Shown here: in pieces, positions 54,540 to 64,000 of the stretch | Layout of the letters: every line of letters begins with the position of its first letter | Numbering within the stretch: the stretch's first letter is position 1 | Program-made: the position numbers and the translations under genes | The notes under the pieces: model-generated | Told to the model about the DNA's origin: nothing | Databases searched by the model: none | What the model saw: the letters and a program-made list of their open reading frames with translations, nothing else | Assembly: GCA_951406725.2 (NCBI GenBank) | Contig: OX597841.1 | Location: 2,666,001 to 2,730,000 of the forward strand | DNA from: Octopus vulgaris | Taxonomy: Eukaryota | DNA length: 64,000 bases | Direction of reading: 5' to 3'

Positions 54540-56723
54540 ATGCACAAACGTATTCATATGGGGGAGAAACCCTATCATTGTGATATCTGTGGTAAATCCT
54601 TCTCTCGCAGTAGTTACTTATCTACACACAAACATATTCACACTGGAGAGAAATCATATCCATGTGATATCTGTGGTAAATCATTCTCTCAAAATAGTAA
54701 CTTAACTGTACACAAACGAATTCATATAGGAGAGAAGCCATACCACTGTGATGTCTGTAGTAAATCTTTCTCTCAGAATAGTGTTTTAACTAGACATAAA
54801 CGTACTCATACAGGGGAGAAACCATATCATTGTGATATCTGTGGTAACTCATTCTCTCAGAATGATCACTTAACTACTCATAAACGTATTCATACAGGGG
54901 AGAAGCCATATCATTGTGATATCTGTGGCAAATCATTCTCTATAAATAGTCACTTAAAGGAACACAAAAATAGTCATACAGGTGAAAAAGCATATCATTG
55001 TGATATCTGTGGTAAATCATTCTCTAGATGTAGTCACTTATCTACACACAGACATATTCACACGGGAGAGAAACCATATAATTGTGATATCTGTGGTAAG
55101 CCATTCTCTGACAATACTGCCTTAACAAAACACATACGTATTCATACAGGAGAGAAACCATATCATTGTGATGTCTGTGGTAAATCATTCACTGAAAATA
55201 GTAACTTAACTGTACACAAAGGAATTCATACAGGAGAGAAACAATATCATTGTGATATCTGCGGTAAATCATTCTCTCAGAATAATCACTTAACTACACA
55301 TAAACGTATTCATACAGGAGAGAAGCCATATCATTGTGATATCTGCGGTAAATCATTCTCTCAAAGTATTCATTTAACTGGACACAAACGTGTTCATACA
55401 GGGGAGAAACCATTTCACTGCGATATCTGTGGTAAATCATTCTCTTATAATTGTGTCTTAACTGCACATAAACGTATTCACACAGGAGAGAAACCATATT
55501 ATTGTGATATCTGTGGTAAATCATTCTCTAGCAGTGGTTATGTTAATGTGCACAAACGTACTCATACTGGAGAGAAACCATATCACTGTGATATCTGTGG
55601 TAAAGCATTCACTGACTATAGAAACTTAACTGCACATAAACGTATTCATACAGGAGAGAAACCATTTCAATGTAATATCTGTGGGAAAGCATTTTCTCAA
55701 AATTCTGTCTTAATAAGACACAGACATATTCATACGTCTCACAGTAGTTACTTGTATAGACACAAACGTATTCACACTGGAGAGAAACCATATGCTTGTG
55801 ATATCTGTGGTAAGTCATTCTCTCAGAGTGGTAATGTTACTGCTCACAAACGTACTCATACAGGAGAGAAACCATATCATTGTGATATCTGTGGTAAATC
55901 ATTTACTAACATTAGTCATGTAACTATACACAGACGTATTCATACATGTGAGAAACCATATCACTGTGATATCTGTGGTAAATCATTCTCTCAAAGTATT
56001 AACTTATCTATACACATACGTATTCACACAGGAGAGAAACCGTATCACTGTGACATCTGTGGTAAATCATTCTATGAAAATAGAATCTTAACTGCCCACA
56101 AACGTACTCATACAGGTGAGAAACCATATCACTGTGATATCTGTGGTAAATCATTCTCTTTTAATTGTGTCTTAACTGCACATAGACGTATTCACACAGG
56201 AGAGAAACCATATCATTGTGATATTTGTGGTAAATCATTCTCTCATAATAATGTCTTAACTAGACACAAACGTTTTCATACAGGGGAGAAAGCACATCAT
56301 TGTGAAATCTGTGGTAAATCATTCTCTGACAATAGAAACTTAATGAATCACAAACGTATTCACACAGGAGAGAAACCATATCATTGTGATATTTGTGGTA
56401 AGTCATTCTCTCATAATAATGTCTTAACTAGACACAAACGTTTTCATACAGGGGAGAAAGCACATCATTGTGAAATCTGTGGTAAATCATTCTCTGACAA
56501 TAGAAACTTAATGAATCACAAACGTATTCACACAGGAGAGAAACCATATCATTGTGAAATCTGTGGTAAATCATTCTCTGACAATAGAAACTTAATTGCA
56601 CATAAACGTATTCATACAGGAGAGAAACCATTTCAATGTAATATCTGTGGTAAAGCATTTCGTCAAAATTCTGTCTTAACAAGACACAGACATATTCATA
56701 CAGGGAAGACAGGAAAAGGGTAG
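54540..56723 (+). CDS. ZNF8: C2H2 protein, 25 complete fingers plus one half finger; fusion of two arrays
   Basis: Open frame of 727 aa; internal junction HRHIHT|SHSSYLYRH near 55736. Confidence 0.9.
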   Translation: MHKRIHMGEKPYHCDICGKSFSRSSYLSTHKHIHTGEKSYPCDICGKSFSQNSNLTVHKRIHIGEKPYHCDVCSKSFSQNSVLTRHKRTHTGEKPYHCDICGNSFSQNDHLTTHKRIHTGEKPYHCDICGKSFSINSHLKEHKNSHTGEKAYHCDICGKSFSRCSHLSTHRHIHTGEKPYNCDICGKPFSDNTALTKHIRIHTGEKPYHCDVCGKSFTENSNLTVHKGIHTGEKQYHCDICGKSFSQNNHLTTHKRIHTGEKPYHCDICGKSFSQSIHLTGHKRVHTGEKPFHCDICGKSFSYNCVLTAHKRIHTGEKPYYCDICGKSFSSSGYVNVHKRTHTGEKPYHCDICGKAFTDYRNLTAHKRIHTGEKPFQCNICGKAFSQNSVLIRHRHIHTSHSSYLYRHKRIHTGEKPYACDICGKSFSQSGNVTAHKRTHTGEKPYHCDICGKSFTNISHVTIHRRIHTCEKPYHCDICGKSFSQSINLSIHIRIHTGEKPYHCDICGKSFYENRILTAHKRTHTGEKPYHCDICGKSFSFNCVLTAHRRIHTGEKPYHCDICGKSFSHNNVLTRHKRFHTGEKAHHCEICGKSFSDNRNLMNHKRIHTGEKPYHCDICGKSFSHNNVLTRHKRFHTGEKAHHCEICGKSFSDNRNLMNHKRIHTGEKPYHCEICGKSFSDNRNLIAHKRIHTGEKPFQCNICGKAFRQNSVLTRHRHIHTGKTGKG

Positions 56724-59253
56724 TTCCTTGTTCGCTATATATTTTTAATATTCTTATGTTTCATGTAATATGAGTAAAAATATGAGTAAAAATATTTCAA
56801 AAATTTTATATTTCTTTGTTTTGTTTTTGTAATGTTTGCCTCTCCTTCTTCCACAACTGCTTGTACAGATTCCTTTCCGTAACGTACCAAAACCCCTCCT
56901 CCTGACAACCCTACACATCAGGCATGTGCCAGCAGTAATTACCCAGGGTAGGGCATCGGTGACGTTTGCATAGTGAAACACAGGCATGCGACTGAGTTGG
57001 AGGCAGAATTACTTGTGTCTTTAGCATGTAAAGAAAACGTTGTTATAGGAGTGTACACAGCACATGTACTACAGCTGTACTATATGTAGTTTTAACACTG
57101 GAATTGAGGGGCAGGGGCGAATTATGGCTCTTTAATCTACAAAAAAATATGACATTTTGCATGTTATGGGTAGTAATCAGGGTAACCTTTGTAATTTTAT
57201 TGAATTAGGGGCAGACTTTGCCGTAAAAGAAAAATGTTACTTTTTGATGGTGCTTTTTACATTCCACTGGCACAGGGGGCCAGTCAGGTGGCGCTGGCAT
57301 CGGCCACAACTACAGTTTCCATATTTGATTTTACTTGACTCAGTAGGTCCCCTTAAGCACAGTGTGTCACCCAACGATTCAAAGGTACTTCTGAAATGGG
57401 CTGGTTATGCAACACTGGTATATGCTACGGCTGACAGCTTTTTGTGTGGCAGATGCACAGGAGCAATAAACACCGAAGATGCTCAGCAAACAGATTCCAT
57501 CACATGCTAGAGGGAGAAACTAGAAATAGTTGATAACTTCTGTTACCTAGGTGACTATGTCTGTAGTTGGTGTGGATGCTCGGAGACCGTTGTCACTAGA
57601 ATAAGAATAGCCTGTGCAAATTTCAGAAATTTCCGGGCTCTACTGGTGTCAAAGGACCACTTGATTTAAGGAGACTTAGCTCCCTTCGCTATTTTCTACC
57701 GACACATGCGCGTTTAAACGTCCTTCCTGCTTGACGTTGATATCTGGTTAAATGTGCAGGTGCGTGAATTTCTCTTAATCAGGTAATAATACATTTATAA
57801 TAGTTCTAATGTATTCCTCAACTACCAGACACACACATACATAACAACACTGTCCTTTATGAAACACTTCCGTAAGTATTAAACAATGAAAATATTCAAT
57901 GTTTTTAATTCTGTAGACGTTTCGGTTTTTGGCGTGTCATTTCTTTGTTTCTCTTCTATGTTTTATGAATGAGAGATGTACTTCGTTTGTGCGAGATTTG
58001 GATGTTATTTCTAGCTACGTGTGTGATTTAGCTGCTATTTCTAGCTTTGGAAGCTACCGTCTGCACTCTCCATCGTTGCCCCGTTTGTTGCGTGTTTTAG
58101 TTTGAGAAATGTACTGAAAGACACCCTGACCACTGAAATGTTTAGAAGCCAAAACCTTATTTGGTTAATGTTTACAACATTACTTGGAAACGAAATAAAA
58201 TAAATTAATAAAAGACTTCCATCAATGCCCACCCCTATTTTCTCCCAAATTTGTTTATTGAATATTAATTAATTTTTTTTTGCCAAAAATCCCTGTTTTC
58301 GGATAAGGAGATTCCGGAAAATTGACAAAATTCGGCATTGTGAAAATTCCCCGACTAACTTCTTCAGTCTGAATTGTCACGGTTTCTACTGGATGCCTAT
58401 CCAAGTGCCAACCACTTCATATTGTGCCATAGGGTGCTTTTTGTGGCACCACATGGAGCATTTTCACATGGCATTGCATGGCTACTTTTATGAGGAATGG
58501 CCGCAAGTGCTTTTAACTAGAAGAGGGATGAGTCTTAACACATCTGTTATGAAGTGTGGATCTTCTTGAGTACAACAAGGCACCAGGAATGTTGGTCCTT
58601 TGTCATCTCACCTGAAAAGTTCTTCAGCACTTCATAGCCTGTCTTTCTGGGTGACCCACATGTTCCATCTGCTTTTAGAGGTTAGCACTTCTTTGTGGTG
58701 CTGTCAGCATCCAGCTCAGTTAAGGCAAATGTTTATCTCTTCAGATTATCTCTATAGAAATGAATCATTTATTTTTTAAAATAGCCTCTACATCTGACAC
58801 TGTTCTTTGTCTTTAATTTCAGAGCATCAGATGACAGTGGTGTAACGGAAGATGAACCCTCAACTCTATCCTGTTTTAAAGACTGAAAGAAAATATTCTA
58901 TGAAACAGATGTATCAGATTGCTTTTACAAAACTGTAGGATTATTCCTGTGAAACATTTGTTCTGAAAAAATGTTATTAGCCAAATTTCTGGACATCACC
59001 AATTGGAGTGTGAAGAAGAGAAGCCTGTGTGCTGATTGAAGTTGGATAAATTAATTGAAGTGTTGCTAAACATAAGTAACACTGGACAGAAATACAGCAG
59101 AAGAACTGCTTGCAAGAAATAAAGTATAAAAAGAAAAAGAAGAAAAAATATAAACTGGGAGTTGAGAGGCAAAATATTGGAAGAGAGTGAAAAAATTGTA
59201 TGATTCATTTCTTCCGAACACATGAGAGAAGTGATTAGATCATGTGACTGTGA

Positions 59254-59826
<573 letters not shown>

Positions 59827-60655
59827 AAACCATATCAGTGTGATATCTGTTGTAAATCATTCTCTCAAAGTATTCACTTATCTACACGCATATGTATTCA
59901 CACAGGAGAGAAACCATTCTCTAAAAATGATACCTTAACTGAATAAAAAATGTATTCATCCAGGTGAAAAAGCATATCATTGTGATGTCTGTGGTAAATC
60001 ATTCATTCAAAATAGTAACTTAACTGTACACAAACGAATTCACACAGGTGAGAAACCATATCTTTGTGATATTTGTGGTAAATCATTCTCTCAAAATAAT
60101 GTCTTAACTAAACACAAGCGTATTCTTACAGGAGGGAAACCATATCACTGCGATATCTGTGGTAAATCATTCTCTTATAATTGTGTCTTAACTGCACATA
60201 AACGTATTCATATAGGACAGAAACCACATCATTGTGAAATCTGTGGTAAATCATTCTCTGACAATAGAAACTTAATGAATCACAAAGGTATTCATACAGG
60301 AGAGAAACCATATCATTGTGAAATCTGTGGTAAATCATTCTCTGAAAGTAATCATTTAACTGGACACAAACATGTTCATATAGGAGAGAAACCATTTCAC
60401 TGCAATATCTGTGGTAAATCATTCTCTGACAATAGAAACTTAATGAATCACAAACGTATTCATACAGGAGAGAAACCATATCATTTTGATATCTGTGGTA
60501 AAACATTCTCTATCAGTGGTTATGTTAATGTGCACAAACGTACTCATACTGGAGAGAAACCATATAATTGTGATATCTGTGGTAAAGCATTTTCTCAAAA
60601 TTCTATCTTAACAAGACACAGACATATTCATACAGGGAAGACAGGAAAAGGGTAG
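59827..60655 (+). pseudogene. Decayed finger tail of ZNF9
   Basis: Same lesions as 40947-41775. Confidence 0.85.
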
Positions 60656-63600
60656 TTCCTTATTCGCTATATATTTTTAATATTCTTGTGGTTCATGTAA
60701 TGGAAAATATGAGTAAAATATTTCAAAAATTTTATATTTCTTTGTTTTGTTTTTGTAATATTTGCCTCTCCTTCTTCCACAACTGCTTTTACAGATTCCT
60801 TTCCATAATTTACCAAAACCCCTCCTCCTGACAACCCTACACATCAGGCATAATTATTCAGGGTAGGGCATCGGTGATCTTTGCATAGTGAAACACAGGC
60901 ATGCGACTGAGTTGGAGGCAGAATTACTTGTGTCTTTAGCATGTAAAGAAAACGTTGTTATAGGAGTGTACACAGCACATGTACTACAGCTGTACTATAT
61001 GTAGTTTTAACACTGGAATTGAGGGGCAGGGGCGAATTATGGCTCCTTAATCTACAAAATAATAAGACATTTTGCATGTTATGGGTGGTTATCAGGGTAA
61101 CCTTTGTAATTTTATTGAATTAGGGGCATGCTTTGCAGTAAAAGAAAAATGTTACTTTTTGATGATGCTTTTTACATTCCACTGGCACAGGGGGCCAGTC
61201 AGGTGGCGCTGGCATCGGCCACAACTACAGTTTCCATTTTTGATTTTACTTGACTCAGTAGGTCCCCTTAAGCACAGTGTGTCACCCAACGATTCAAAGG
61301 TACTTCTGAAATGGGCTGGTTATGCAACACTGGTATAGGCTACGGCTGACAGCTTTTTTGTGTGGCAGATGCACAGGAGCAATAAACACCGAAGATGCTC
61401 AGCAAACAGATTCCATCACATGCTAGAGGGAGAAACTAGAAATAGTTGATAACTTCTGTTACCTATGTGACTATGTCTGTAGTTGGTGTGGATGCTCGGA
61501 GACCGTTGTCACTAGAATAAGAATAGCCTGTGCAAAGTTCTGAAATATCCGGCCTCTACTGGTGTCAAAGGACCACTCGTTCAGAGTGAAATGTAGACTG
61601 TATGATGCATGTGTGTGTACTGCCATGCTACACGACAGAGTAACATGGGCCATGACTGTTGAGGACATATGTAGGCTTGAAAGAAATGAAGCTAGTATGA
61701 TCTGCTGGATGTGTAATGTCAGTGTCCATGCACGACAGAGTATAAGTGCCCTTAGAGAAATGTTGGATATAAGAAGCATCAGATGTGGTGTGCAAGAGAG
61801 ACGACTGTGTTTGTATGTTCCTTTGCTGCATATGGATGAGGAGAGCTTTGTGAAGAAGTGTCTCTCCGTAACAATGGAAGGAACTTGCGGAAGAGGGAGA
61901 CCCAGGAAGACATAAGTTGAGGTGGTTAGGCATGACTTCAAATGGTGGGCTTCACAGAGGCAATGACAAGAGACACAGGCCTCTGGAGATATGCTGTGAC
62001 TGTGAAGACCCACACCGTATAAATTATAAGGTTGTCCAGGAAGTTATGACCAATGATGTGTGTAGAAGTATCATCGTGAAAATGTTTCAAGACTAAAGTT
62101 CTCGTTAAATAATTCTTTAATATCTTGTTTTGTTATTTAATTTATTTCGTGAACCTGCAATTATATTATTTGAGGAATTACAACCGTGTTTCGTGGTCTG
62201 CTACCACAACAGATCCTTTATAGGATCCAGTTAGCTGAAGACATCATCAGGAGGAACCACGCCCGGTTTCGGCCCCTACTCCTATACTGTTTTGACGTGA
62301 CGGGGCCCCCACTTTCGGAGTTGTCTTCAGCTCTGGTGTTGGGTACATGTCTTCTTTCTTCTCTTCCCTGGCCTCTTCGACGTATCGTCAGCGAGTGTCA
62401 GCCGGTGACTGACTGTCTCATCAAATTTTTCTCTTTAAATACCTGCCGCAAAGGCTCCAGCAGGCAGCCCTAGCAAGTTGTGTGACACTGTCTCACCTTA
62501 ACAACTTGCCGGGGCTACCTGCTGGCGGCTGTGCAACAGGTATTTATTTACATTTTTAATCCCCTTCCCCAGTTCCCTGCCCTTTTTCTCACACATGATG
62601 TAGGGACATCTATCCTACAAATTTTCATGTTACACGTGGCTTAAATGTCCTGTGAACGAATTCCTTTTAATCAGCTGATAATTCATTTCTAATAACTCTA
62701 ACGCATTCCTCAGCTACCAGATACACACACACATATAACAAAACTATCCCTTATGAAACATTTCCCTAAGTATTAAACAATGAAGATCTTCCATGCTTTT
62801 AATTCTGTAGACGTTCGGTTTTTTTGGCGCATCGATTCTTTGTTTCTCCTCTGTGTTTTATGAACGAATGATGTCCTTGACTTTTGCGTGATTTGGCTGC
62901 TATTTCTAGCAATCGATGAGAGATGTCTATAATTTCTGCAAGATTTAGCTATTATTTCCAGCTATCGACGAGAGATATGCAATAATATACACCCGGAAGA
63001 TCCTAGAAGGACTTGTCCCAAACTTTGGCATCGAGAGTTACACAAATGCCAGAACTGTGTGCCACTGCGTGGTGTCAAGGACTCCAAATTTGCCATCAAG
63101 ATGTAGGACAAGATATTGTGATAGCCTGGGCTTCAGGGGCCCACAGCTCTTCAATATCGTCCCGAAGAACCTGAGAGACCTGCATGGGGTGGATGCAGAT
63201 ATCTTTAAAATAAAACTGGGTCTCTTCCTCTCAGGTATCCCAGATGAACCAACTTCACGGCAGGAGGTGCAGATGAGGGCAGCTGCATCGAACTCTCTCA
63301 TGCACCAAATGGCAGGTGCTAAAAAGCATTCGTGAAGTAAAATCATGTAGCAACACCAAATGGCGGTGCCCCAGCATGGCCACAGCTCGCGTGCTGAAAC
63401 TGGATTAAATAATAATAAATAAATAAACAAGATATTAAACCCAATTGATTTAAGGAGAATTAGCTCCCTTCGCTATTTTCTACCGACACATGCGCGTTTA
63501 AACGTCCTTCCTGCTTGACGTTGATATCTGGTTAAATGTGCAGGTGCGTGAATTTCTCTTAATCAGCTAATAATACATTTATAATAGTTCTAATGTATTC

Positions 63601-64000
63601 CTCAACTACCAGACACACACATACATAACAACACTGTCCTTTATGAAACACTTCCGTAAGTATTAAACAATGAAAATATTCTGTAGACGTTTCGGTTTTT
63701 GGCGCCTCATTTCTTTGTTTCTCTTCTATGTTTTATGAATGAGAGATGTCCTTCGTTTGTGCGAGATTTGGCTGTTATTTCTAGCTACGTGTGTGATTTA
63801 GCTGCTATTTCTAGCTTTGGAAGCTACCGTCTGCACTCTCCATCGTTGCCCCGTTTGTTGCGTGTTTTAGTTTGAGAAATGTACTGAAAGACACCCTGAC
63901 CACTGAAATGTTTAGAAGCGAAAACCTTATTTGGTTAATGTTTACAACATTACTTGGAAACGAAATAAAATAAATTAATAAAAGACTTCCACCAAAGCCC

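Overview
Eukaryotic, AT-rich, repeat-dense animal DNA. The SINE/LINE families and the 'CDICGKSFS...HTGEKPYHC' finger style suggest an octopus (coleoid cephalopod) genome; this is an inference. The window holds a head-to-tail cluster of nine + strand C2H2 (Kruppel-type) zinc-finger loci, here called ZNF1-9, and a tenth unit begins at the right edge. No KRAB, SCAN or BTB effector domain is recognisable in any of them. ZNF1 and ZNF2 are older, diverged copies among SINE, CR1, L1/Tx1, Merlin and piggyBac remnants. From about 19.8 kb the DNA is a recent tandem amplification of a 4.8-7.7 kb unit: CR1 3' end, putative promoter/non-coding exon 1 (CC|GTAAGT donor), intron, acceptor, long leader with a vestigial finger, finger array, RTE fragment, long hairpin, and an orphan exon-1 copy. 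The flanks are nearly identical between units, but each finger array is a different permutation of a shared pool of 84-bp finger modules. The arrays include whole-gene fusions, chimeras, conversion tracts and stop-truncated copies with decayed finger tails. Gene structures are inferred from motifs only. ZNF7 looks like an assembly-consensus artefact.
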